Virus record (IMG/VR): IMGVR_UViG_3300031749_000016
Coordinates: 1-38,484 of that record
Origin: a virus
Lineage: Duplodnaviria; Caudoviricetes
Strand: one strand, 5' to 3'
Length of the DNA: 38,484 nucleotides
In this document: one piece after another, positions 10,401 to 17,757 of the stretch
How positions within the stretch are numbered: position 1 is the stretch's first letter
Layout of the letters: each line of letters starts with the position of its first letter
Notes under the pieces: model-generated
Told to the model about the DNA's origin: nothing
What the model saw: only the letters and a program-made list of their open reading frames with translations
Databases searched by the model: none
Program-made: the position numbers and the translations under genes

Positions 10401-10929
10401 TTTGGATTTAAGTAGAAAAGAACCTGATAGAATACAAGATATTGTTTACAAAGCATACAAATTTGGACTACTACATTGTAGCGATGATATAAAGAAAAAA
10501 TTCTTTGAAAAATACAAATTAAAAGAAGGATGGATTACATATCAGGGTAGAAGAATACTTATCAATGATATGTCAAATGAAACAACATTTAGTATAAGAA
10601 AATCATATGCAACAGAAAAAAGGAAATTTATTGAATCTAATGTATCAGGAGAAAAACACGCACTAAGACATTGGAAAAGTAAGGAAGAAATGAATAAAGC
10701 AATAGACAATGCAATTAAAGAAGGGATTCTATTTTCTGGAAAAGACCAATCTGGTAGGACAAGAAATCTTTTCTATAATAAAAGCGATAGAACTCTTGTA
10801 ATATGTGGAGAGAAAGGAATTTTTAATTCATATAGAGTGGATGTACCGAATCCTGAAGGTTACATATACAAGATAACCAATAATTTTAAAGTTGGTTTAG
10901 GAGGGAAATTGCAGTATGAACGAGTATGA
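7435..10929 (+). CDS. 1164-aa polyvalent protein: TGT/DpdA-like barrel, MBL-fold hydrolase, Pol-beta-like nucleotidyltransferase, ATP-dependent ligase, toxin-like tip
   Basis: MMDSGAFS (7639), THYFG, STDISS; ITFLGT, IDFG, THAHPDH (8626), VEHS, GH, FIH; LVGS.A.G..SDWD (9274-9324); ligase motifs ETKINGWR, ILDGEL, LFDI, EGAVVK, WAKFK plus OB-like region; WITYQGRRILI then HALRH domain. Confidence 0.8.
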   Translation: MKKRSLRERFIIYLSVSPPMVKKLYNDYNLKHFLVSYKYLKNLSSSNLEFLDWVKERQVKDPQFYLMMDSGAFSNFVAGKQVVKDSEYIDFIKKYGDCFDEVIMLDRQKPKINEEIYESLYKGISWYVDHTGGKPENYPKTFNLWKKEEKVGVAGDRSSDSNPITYVNMITKGRKTKESFDINTIAKLRKISNELKTKTHYFGTINNKILTGAQPHSTDISSTGAEIGQLMYLVKNDEGQYIKKWIHYRNPDLPKEVKEMLNKLSEKEAPSTARKIYNFKVLSKLEDLINKGKFASKIDWDNLKEDVFEFEEDYYKDLKEGIVLPDLPYKTMYQVEGLKNNIRITFLGTKGEIEEENNNHKKNTSILIEHKHKNILIDFGYSHKGKFFDIDPDILFITHAHPDHIGGLPETIDIPVVLSEKTLKLMNKYRFEDPHTEERGSFFGWLEYEMIPVEHSILAPANGYILNVDNKKIGIFPDFLKIKELSKLKDLDLLIADGSSIKQNIERKYNIGHQSMQNTLDMAKDLNIKKVVFIHFGKEVVEKGNENTLKELSSSVPFILANDGDSLKIEESLDFKTDQDLQESFEETKKELLKRGILNQDVKAITYIPHFVCLVGSKAKGIDDENSDWDIVIRKQNRDESVELLVRNYFGKDKNYHFIYSPTGPHGDYIPLFDLKLIPKPFELIKVEEDFKPMKLYTPPKMGSAYSFEEFYDINDLYENWAKPYLDRGETLFIETKINGWRTTIHKLGNEKGMFFEGTERNRLEFFQKLKKIIENIDDDFILDGELVGRRKSNNEIIPRKDLALFNSNENIDCDSFTTSEGEEGYIDVVLFDIPYYNRDISELPLIERKKYLKNFDKYKYFSIVKSIEVKDKESFLKAVKEVSEEQGSEGAVVKTANSKYTEEEIPDWAKFKKILEFKVKVIDKLETKDKNAFNYIVSYTKDGKELELCKTMNTKIDANKGDILTLTAEEIIINDDLTISAQIPRVRDLDLSRKEPDRIQDIVYKAYKFGLLHCSDDIKKKFFEKYKLKEGWITYQGRRILINDMSNETTFSIRKSYATEKRKFIESNVSGEKHALRHWKSKEEMNKAIDNAIKEGILFSGKDQSGRTRNLFYNKSDRTLVICGEKGIFNSYRVDVPNPEGYIYKITNNFKVGLGGKLQYERV

Positions 10930-11782
10930 AACATTTGTAAAAGAACTATTAGAATTCGAAAACAACGATCCTTTATCTATGGCATTGGTTTTGGAAATAT
11001 GGAGCGACGGAAATGTTGATTTAGATGAAGAAACTTTGAAAAAAGTAAAGGAGGTTGCTCTTGATTGGTACGATAGTGAAAAAATAGATAAACTATTCAA
11101 TAAAAGAGAAACAAAAAAAGAAGGGGAAGATGAAGAAGAAGGAAACTGGAAAGATTTTGAACCATATGTAAAAAAAGATGATGAGGGTGAATTTGTTCTT
11201 CAAGAACACGAAAGAGGACTAACAGAAGAGCAGGCAAAATCAGGAAGAAGATTTGAAGGCAAAGAAAATATACATTGTGATTTAAGATTGAAATTCAAAG
11301 ATAATGATTTTTTGATAGGTTTTACTTTAGCAACGCCTGGAACAGCACACGGGATAAACAAAATAGTAGAACCAGATAAAGGAAAGGCATTGCTTGTTGG
11401 AGTAAAAAAAAGACAACCAATTGCTTGGCTTGATGTAGGAAAAGGAAAAGATATGTTCAAATCAGGTGCAGTTGAAATGAATTTGTATGGAAATAAATAC
11501 AAGGCAGATTTATCAAGTTCAGGTCAAGTTGGTTCAACGGCATACACTTGGAGCAGGTTTACAGCAATTGATTATGGAAAAGTAAAGGCAGGTAAACAAG
11601 ATAAACATTACAAAGAATTTTTTTTTGATGGAAAATATGGTATACTGAAAGGTAGATGGATAGTTCAAGGTGTACCATCTGAAAATATGAAAGAAAAAGG
11701 TGCGGAAATAGATAAAAGAATTTGGTTTTTTAGCAAAGGAGGTGATAATGGAACAGATACTAATGGACAAGACAATAAATGA
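10916..11782 (+). CDS. LigD-type 3'-phosphoesterase-domain protein with acidic helical N-terminal extension
   Basis: FVLQEH...HCDLRL, IDYGK and LKGRW match the LigD PE pattern FVxQxH...HxDxRL...DxG...LxGxW. Confidence 0.72.
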   Translation: MNEYETFVKELLEFENNDPLSMALVLEIWSDGNVDLDEETLKKVKEVALDWYDSEKIDKLFNKRETKKEGEDEEEGNWKDFEPYVKKDDEGEFVLQEHERGLTEEQAKSGRRFEGKENIHCDLRLKFKDNDFLIGFTLATPGTAHGINKIVEPDKGKALLVGVKKRQPIAWLDVGKGKDMFKSGAVEMNLYGNKYKADLSSSGQVGSTAYTWSRFTAIDYGKVKAGKQDKHYKEFFFDGKYGILKGRWIVQGVPSENMKEKGAEIDKRIWFFSKGGDNGTDTNGQDNK

Positions 11783-14054
11783 ATATATACCAATAGTTGT
11801 TAAAGAAGCGGATAAAGAAGGCAAAAAATGGAAAGTATTAGTAATCCAAACAGGATTGAGTAAAAACGGAAATCTGTATACACAAGAAGTTCTCCAAAAT
11901 AGTGCTAAAAAATTTAATAATGTAAAAGTTTTTGCTTATGAATTTTCAGGAAAATATTTTGAACACTTACCTGAAAATCTTGAACTTGATAAAGGGTATA
12001 TAAAAAATCTTGTAGGAGATTTAAACGATTGCAGATTTGAAGAGATAGATGAAAATACTTCTGGAATAGTTGCTGATTTGAATGTATATAATGATTTTTA
12101 TAGAAAATTGTTCAAAAATATGTATGATGAAGGTAAAATGGATGTTGTTGGTTTTTCAGCGGTTATGGAAGCAGAAGTAGAACCAGAATATTTTCAAAAT
12201 AAACAAGTAAATGATGTGAAACAAATATATAATGTAAAATCAGTAGATGTTGTATCCTCACCAGCTGCAGGTGGAAGGATACTTAACATAATCGAAAGTC
12301 AAAGGAGGAAAGAAGTGGAAAAAGAAAAGATAATCAAAAACATTGAAGCACTTGCTCCTGAATTACTTGAGGGCAAGAATATTGAAAGTATTGAGGAAAA
12401 TGAGTTAATAGATTTATTAGCAGAAGCAGTCGAGAAAAGTTTAGAATCAAAAAAGAAAAATAATCCAGAAGATAAAAAGAAAGAAGAATCAAAAGAAGGA
12501 GTCCCTGAAGAGATATTAATCCTGAATAAAATTAAAGAACTCTTAAAATCAAAAAACACTGATGAAGCTATGAAAATGATTGATGATTTCATAAAGGTAA
12601 AAGCAAAAGGATATGGTTATCCCTCACCATCCTATGGTTATCCTGCACCAAAAGAGAGTTTAGATGATATCAAAAAAACAATGGAAGAACTAAATAGTTT
12701 TAAAACGATGTATTATCTTGAAAGATACTTGAATGAATCAAATCTACCTGAACCAGTCAAAGAAAAAATAAGAAAAATGTTTGAAGGTAAAACTTCAACT
12801 GAAGAGGAAATAAAAAAGGTGATAGATATGGAAAAAGAAAGTTTAACAAAAATTGTTGAAAGTTTAGGTGTCCCTTATGGATTTACAGGACAGGATAAGG
12901 CTAAAGTTATTCTTGATGAATACGATAAAAAACAAAGAGCAGTAGAGCTTATGGTAGGATATAAACCTGATGAAAGTGAAAAAAGTTTATATCAAGGAAT
13001 AAAACCTTATACTGGATTAAGAGAGGCATATACAGATATAACAAAAGATTATGAAGTTAGTTTTTCTCCAAAACACTTTTTGAAACTTTCAGAGTCATTC
13101 CCTGGAGGATTTGTGTCAACAAACTTCCCCCAAATACTTGGTGATGCAATAAACAAAAGACTTATGAAAGAATATCCTATGGCAACTTTAGATTTATGGA
13201 GAAAGTTTTGTTCTGTTGTCCCTGTTAAAGATTTCAATGAACAAAAGATAATAAGATGGGGAGCGCTTGGAACATTAAGTTCAGTCACAGAATCAAACAA
13301 CTACAATGAATATACAATTGGCACTGGAAGTCTTGAAGAATATGCTACATATTCAGCTGATACAAAGGGAGTTGTGGTATCAATAACAAGACAGATGATA
13401 TTATCGGACAACCTTAAATTTGTTGAGAGAATACCAAAAATGATTATTAGAGCAGCTGTCAGAACAATAAATCAATTTGCTTTTGATCTCTTGCTTTGTT
13501 ATGGAGGAACACCACCTGCAATCAATGGAGCTGACATATATGATAATCATCATTTATATGATGCAACCAATCATAGAAACCTTCTTACTGATGCTTTGGC
13601 CTATGATTCACTTCTAACAGCAATGAAAAAAATGAAACTACAATATGTCGATGCAATGGATAGCTCATCTGAAGTTGATTACATTGGCATCTCTCCAAAA
13701 TTCCTTGTAGTCCCTCCAGATTTAGAACCAACAGCATTGACATTAATCAATAGTGATAGAATACCTGGTAGTGTTGACAATGATGTAAACATTTTAAAAG
13801 GCAAACTTGAAATAATTGTTTCACCTTATCTTAGAGGAGATTCTGACAACTGGTATGTTGTTGCTGACCCAAATGAAACAGATACAATTGAAATAGGTTT
13901 TGTGCAAGGAAAAGAAACTCCTGAAGTTATAGTTCAAGACAATCCTCTTATGGGGTATGTTTTCAATGCTGATAAAATTTCATACAAAGTAAGATATGAA
14001 TTTGGAGGTTGTGTTGCAGATTACAGAGCCTTCATTGGATCAATTGTTTCATAA
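11748..14054 (+). CDS. Prohead protease - scaffold - major capsid protein fusion (Mu gpT-like capsid)
   Basis: Protease motifs GLSKNGNLY, EH, GFS, SVDVVSSPAAGG; charged scaffold; capsid motifs STNFPQIL, PKFLVVPPDLE, WYVVADP, KVRYEFGG..DYR; RBS favours ATG 11748. Confidence 0.9.
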   Translation: MEQILMDKTINEYIPIVVKEADKEGKKWKVLVIQTGLSKNGNLYTQEVLQNSAKKFNNVKVFAYEFSGKYFEHLPENLELDKGYIKNLVGDLNDCRFEEIDENTSGIVADLNVYNDFYRKLFKNMYDEGKMDVVGFSAVMEAEVEPEYFQNKQVNDVKQIYNVKSVDVVSSPAAGGRILNIIESQRRKEVEKEKIIKNIEALAPELLEGKNIESIEENELIDLLAEAVEKSLESKKKNNPEDKKKEESKEGVPEEILILNKIKELLKSKNTDEAMKMIDDFIKVKAKGYGYPSPSYGYPAPKESLDDIKKTMEELNSFKTMYYLERYLNESNLPEPVKEKIRKMFEGKTSTEEEIKKVIDMEKESLTKIVESLGVPYGFTGQDKAKVILDEYDKKQRAVELMVGYKPDESEKSLYQGIKPYTGLREAYTDITKDYEVSFSPKHFLKLSESFPGGFVSTNFPQILGDAINKRLMKEYPMATLDLWRKFCSVVPVKDFNEQKIIRWGALGTLSSVTESNNYNEYTIGTGSLEEYATYSADTKGVVVSITRQMILSDNLKFVERIPKMIIRAAVRTINQFAFDLLLCYGGTPPAINGADIYDNHHLYDATNHRNLLTDALAYDSLLTAMKKMKLQYVDAMDSSSEVDYIGISPKFLVVPPDLEPTALTLINSDRIPGSVDNDVNILKGKLEIIVSPYLRGDSDNWYVVADPNETDTIEIGFVQGKETPEVIVQDNPLMGYVFNADKISYKVRYEFGGCVADYRAFIGSIVS

Positions 14055-14065
14055 AGGAGGATAGT

Positions 14066-14383
14066 ATGGGAACAACTCATTTCAAAAACAATGTGGAGAT
14101 CGGAGGCAGTTTAATAATTAATAGTTTAGCACGCTCAGAAAAAAATCTTGATATAGATTATGGGACCAAAACCCTAACAAATGACACATTAACGGCAGTA
14201 ACAACAGGACTTACAGAGGTTCTTGTTGTAGTAGCAACAGAGAGTGTCGAGGCAGGAACTACTCCAGCTTCCAAAATTCTTGCTTATGCAGGCACAGGAG
14301 AAAACAAAAATAAAATATATCTTAAAGCAAAAGGAGCAACCGGAACAACAACTGTAAATTGGATTGCAATAGGAATACTATGA
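14066..14383 (+). CDS. Probable capsid decoration/cement protein
   Basis: AAGGAGG RBS; follows the capsid gene; Thr/Gly-rich, ends VNWIAIG. Confidence 0.55.
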   Translation: MGTTHFKNNVEIGGSLIINSLARSEKNLDIDYGTKTLTNDTLTAVTTGLTEVLVVVATESVEAGTTPASKILAYAGTGENKNKIYLKAKGATGTTTVNWIAIGIL

Positions 14384-15039
14384 AAGTAGAAATTGATTAC
14401 TTTGTAAACAAGGTAAATATAAACAAAGAAGATTTAGAAAGGCTTAAAGGTCTGGAGATTAGAAAAGCTTTTGAAAAAGCAATTGATATTGCTAAAGGAT
14501 ATGGATTAAGAAAAAGAAAATTTAGTATATACACATTTACAGAACATTCAAGGGAGGTTAATCTCACCTCCCTTGAGCCTAATTTTGAAATTGAAAGTTG
14601 CATTATTAGTAGTATATTTTCTGATGACAAAACGAGGCAATACTACTACGATTTAATCTATGAAAAAGATGAAAATATATATATGATTCTATCAGATTAT
14701 TTCAATAAAGGCGATACGATAACAATAATTTATGAAATACCTTATTCAATTGAGGAAGATAACGATGGAAATAAATACATAGATATCAGTCAATATGATT
14801 TTAATATCTTAGAGCTAATTTTTGAAGGATGTTTGATGGAAAGAATAGGAATGTATTATTCTAAACTTTCAATGAAAGAAATAGGTTCAGACATTACTAC
14901 CAATCTTGACAGAGCAAGATTTTATATAGAACAATCATCAAGGTATCTTTCAGATGCAAGCGGATTAATCAAAAAAAGAATTCCAACCGGTAAAAGCATA
15001 AACTATAGGGTAGGAAAGGAATGGCTGACTCATTTGTAA
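14380..15039 (+). CDS. Putative head-tail adaptor
   Basis: Position and ATGA coupling only. Confidence 0.45.
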   Translation: MKVEIDYFVNKVNINKEDLERLKGLEIRKAFEKAIDIAKGYGLRKRKFSIYTFTEHSREVNLTSLEPNFEIESCIISSIFSDDKTRQYYYDLIYEKDENIYMILSDYFNKGDTITIIYEIPYSIEEDNDGNKYIDISQYDFNILELIFEGCLMERIGMYYSKLSMKEIGSDITTNLDRARFYIEQSSRYLSDASGLIKKRIPTGKSINYRVGKEWLTHL

Positions 15040-15485
15040 TTGAAGTAGATACGAGTAAATACAAAACTTTACCTTCTGAAGTTGAATTGAAATTAAAAAT
15101 TGGCCTAAGTAATATGGCACAAGATATGTATAACGATATTAAATCAGGAACACCATCAGGAGCAACTCACCAATTACAAAAAGGAATAAGAGTTTATCCA
15201 AGCGGTTTGAATTTAACATACTATGTTTCTTCAGGACCTACTTTGTATGCTTTACCAGCTTTTTTAGGCAGTAAGCCTCACTTCCCTCCAGTAGAGCCAT
15301 TAATAAAATGGGTGGAATTAAGAGGTTTTGCAAGTGAACTTGGCAAGAATTTATTCAAAAGGGCTTTTGTTCTTGCAGTATCAATTAGTAAAAGAGGCAC
15401 TATTGGAATAGAGAACAAAACTCACTTATGGGAAAATACTTTTAATAAGTACAAAAATAAAGTAGGTGAATATTTAAAAATATGA
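15021..15485 (+). CDS. HK97 gp10-like neck/tail-completion protein
   Basis: TP..T..L..GI, YA....GSKPHFPP...LIKWV, ISKRGT motifs. Confidence 0.7.
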   Translation: MADSFVIEVDTSKYKTLPSEVELKLKIGLSNMAQDMYNDIKSGTPSGATHQLQKGIRVYPSGLNLTYYVSSGPTLYALPAFLGSKPHFPPVEPLIKWVELRGFASELGKNLFKRAFVLAVSISKRGTIGIENKTHLWENTFNKYKNKVGEYLKI

Positions 15486-15943
15486 ATCCAATTTATGAAT
15501 TTATAGATAGTTTCAAAAAAAATATAAACAACGAACTAAAAGTAAATGTATTTGATTATAGAATTGATTTCAGCGAAAAAAAATTAGATGATTTATTATC
15601 TTTTGGAGAGATAAATTTTGTAATGGTGTATCCAGAAAGAGTTAACTTTGCTCTACAATTCAAAGACACAAATATAAGAAAATTAGTAGGTTTTATAGGG
15701 GTAGATTATTACTTGGTATATAATACTACGAACATAGAAAATTTTCTTGGAAATGTCGAAAAAATAGGCGAAACGATAAACAATATAATATCAGATATTT
15801 TTATTATTACTGAAGACCTTAATTTTGTATGCGATGAAGGTTTTATTGCTGGCATTCTTGTTAGACACGCTCATTGCAGTGTTAAATTAGAAAGTTATAC
15901 AATTGGAGATAAACAATTTTGTAGCATAGGAGAAAAAGAATGA
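15482..15943 (+). CDS. Putative tail terminator
   Basis: Size and synteny. Confidence 0.4.
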   Translation: MNPIYEFIDSFKKNINNELKVNVFDYRIDFSEKKLDDLLSFGEINFVMVYPERVNFALQFKDTNIRKLVGFIGVDYYLVYNTTNIENFLGNVEKIGETINNIISDIFIITEDLNFVCDEGFIAGILVRHAHCSVKLESYTIGDKQFCSIGEKE

Positions 15944-16683
15944 GTTATTTAACAAAAAACGAAACTTTAGAAATACTTGATAGTTTTGCTTTAGCAATAG
16001 ATAGATTAAAAGAAGTATATGGAACTGGAACAGAGACAGGAACTGCTTCTAAATGTTTGAGAACAAATATTTCAAGAATTCTACAATTAACAAACTTCAT
16101 AGATTACTATACAGCAATAAGACCTCTATTGGATTATACAAATGATGTTTACACTAAAGTTTTGAATTCTTATTTATCAGAATTTTTCAGAAATCCTTTA
16201 TCAAGAATCTGGGCTTTGCAAGATAACGATTTGGATAGTTTTTTGACTAGTAATGATGCAAGGATACATCCTAATATCAAAGATGTATATCAAGATAACA
16301 ACAGAATAATATCTCCTTCAAATGTTATGTGTCCTCCAATAACTAATGCAGGAACCTATTCAATTACAGGTGGCTCAGGAACTTTTACAGATGGAGATGC
16401 TGTGGATACGAGTAAGTATGGTAAAACTCTTTTTAAGGTTAAAACCACAACTAATATAGGTTCAAGTGATTTGACTTTAACAATCACTTGTAAAAAAATA
16501 AATAATACAACGGAGGATAAACAAGTTGTGATACCTGGGAATACTGCAAGCGGTGTGGAATTTAATATAGGAAACGGAACTACGGATATGTATATAGATA
16601 TAACAAATATTACCCACACTGGAGGAAACAACGGAGATGCAGTCCAATGTTTCTCTGTGTGGGAGAGAGAATTATCTGAATAA
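15940..16683 (+). CDS. Structural protein of unknown function
   Basis: Helical N-half, Thr/Gly-rich beta C-half; lies in the tail module. Confidence 0.45.
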   Translation: MSYLTKNETLEILDSFALAIDRLKEVYGTGTETGTASKCLRTNISRILQLTNFIDYYTAIRPLLDYTNDVYTKVLNSYLSEFFRNPLSRIWALQDNDLDSFLTSNDARIHPNIKDVYQDNNRIISPSNVMCPPITNAGTYSITGGSGTFTDGDAVDTSKYGKTLFKVKTTTNIGSSDLTLTITCKKINNTTEDKQVVIPGNTASGVEFNIGNGTTDMYIDITNITHTGGNNGDAVQCFSVWERELSE

Positions 16684-16701
16684 AAAGGAGGTGAGTGTAC
16701 T

Positions 16702-17010
16702 ATGGCATATGCATTTGGAACTTGTGGTGTACCAAATCCTATTGGAGGCGGAATAGTAGATACTTATGAAAAATCATCATCTTGCACTTTGAAAACACTT
16801 GAAGATTGTGATGGAAATGTAGTTGAAGTTAAGGCAACAGGAAAGAAAAAAACTTTTAGATGGGATGTAGTTGGTGTTGATGACACAAGTATTGAAGCAG
16901 GACAAGAAGGATTAAATGGAGGAATATACACATCTGTTTCGATTAGATATAGAAGAGGTGATTATACTATTGCAAGCGCAACTGAAGAAGCACCAGTAAT
17001 TTCTCCATAA
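16702..17010 (+). CDS. Putative minimal tail tube protein
   Basis: Strong RBS, beta-rich, upstream of the chaperones and tape measure. Confidence 0.5.
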   Translation: MAYAFGTCGVPNPIGGGIVDTYEKSSSCTLKTLEDCDGNVVEVKATGKKKTFRWDVVGVDDTSIEAGQEGLNGGIYTSVSIRYRRGDYTIASATEEAPVISP

Positions 17011-17011
17011 T

Positions 17012-17401
17012 ATGGAAAAGAAAGATAAAGAAAAAGAATTCTCTATAAAAGATATTCCTGTTACTCCAAATTTTAAATTTGAAAAACGGCCTGTTGATTA
17101 TGTAAAATTCAACAATCTTTTTAACAGACCGCTTGAAAGAGCATCCACCGATTCAGATTGGATACATAATACTTTAGGTGAAGAAACCTGGCTAACATTT
17201 TGGGCTTGGAGAGCTTGGTGTTTAGACCATCAAATGAGTCCTAAAGATGAAATACTCTTTTTGGAATTCTGCTCTATTTTTAGCATAGATGAAATTCACG
17301 AGATCTTTGGAAAATACTTTATAGGAGAACAAGAATTAGAAAAATTGAAAAAAGAGATTGATAAACTAAAAGAAGAAATACCAAAAGAAAACAATAAATA
17401 A
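17012..17401 (+). CDS. Putative tail assembly chaperone
   Basis: Synteny. Confidence 0.45.
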   Translation: MEKKDKEKEFSIKDIPVTPNFKFEKRPVDYVKFNNLFNRPLERASTDSDWIHNTLGEETWLTFWAWRAWCLDHQMSPKDEILFLEFCSIFSIDEIHEIFGKYFIGEQELEKLKKEIDKLKEEIPKENNK

Positions 17402-17402
17402 G

Positions 17403-17747
17403 ATGTTTATCAATATTGATGACGAGATCCAACATTCAAAACTTGCTGAAGAGATTGAAAATGAATGGAAACCGGCATTCATTGATGGATACAGAATAAC
17501 AAGTAGAAGCTTTCAGGGAGTAATGTTGAAATTGTATTGCAGTTTAAAATATTACTATGGATTGACACTTGAAGAATTTTTAACTACTCCAATAGACTTA
17601 TTGGTTGATATGCTTGATTGTGTGAATGATAAATATGAAAGCAGAAAATACGAATTTGATATGGCAATTCTTAAAGTAGAAAAAGAAAAAAGAAAAATGA
17701 AGACAACGAGGTTTGATAAGTATCTAATGCAAAAAGATAAATTATAG
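17403..17747 (+). CDS. Putative tail assembly chaperone 2
   Basis: Directly before the tape measure; GLTLEEFLTTP motif typical of GT-like chaperones. Confidence 0.5.
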   Translation: MFINIDDEIQHSKLAEEIENEWKPAFIDGYRITSRSFQGVMLKLYCSLKYYYGLTLEEFLTTPIDLLVDMLDCVNDKYESRKYEFDMAILKVEKEKRKMKTTRFDKYLMQKDKL

Positions 17748-17757
17748 AGAGGAAGAG

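Noticed and set aside
17340-17410. Programmed -1 frameshift between tail chaperones
   Set aside because: Second ORF is in the +1 frame with its own ATG; no canonical slippery heptamer in the short shared open window
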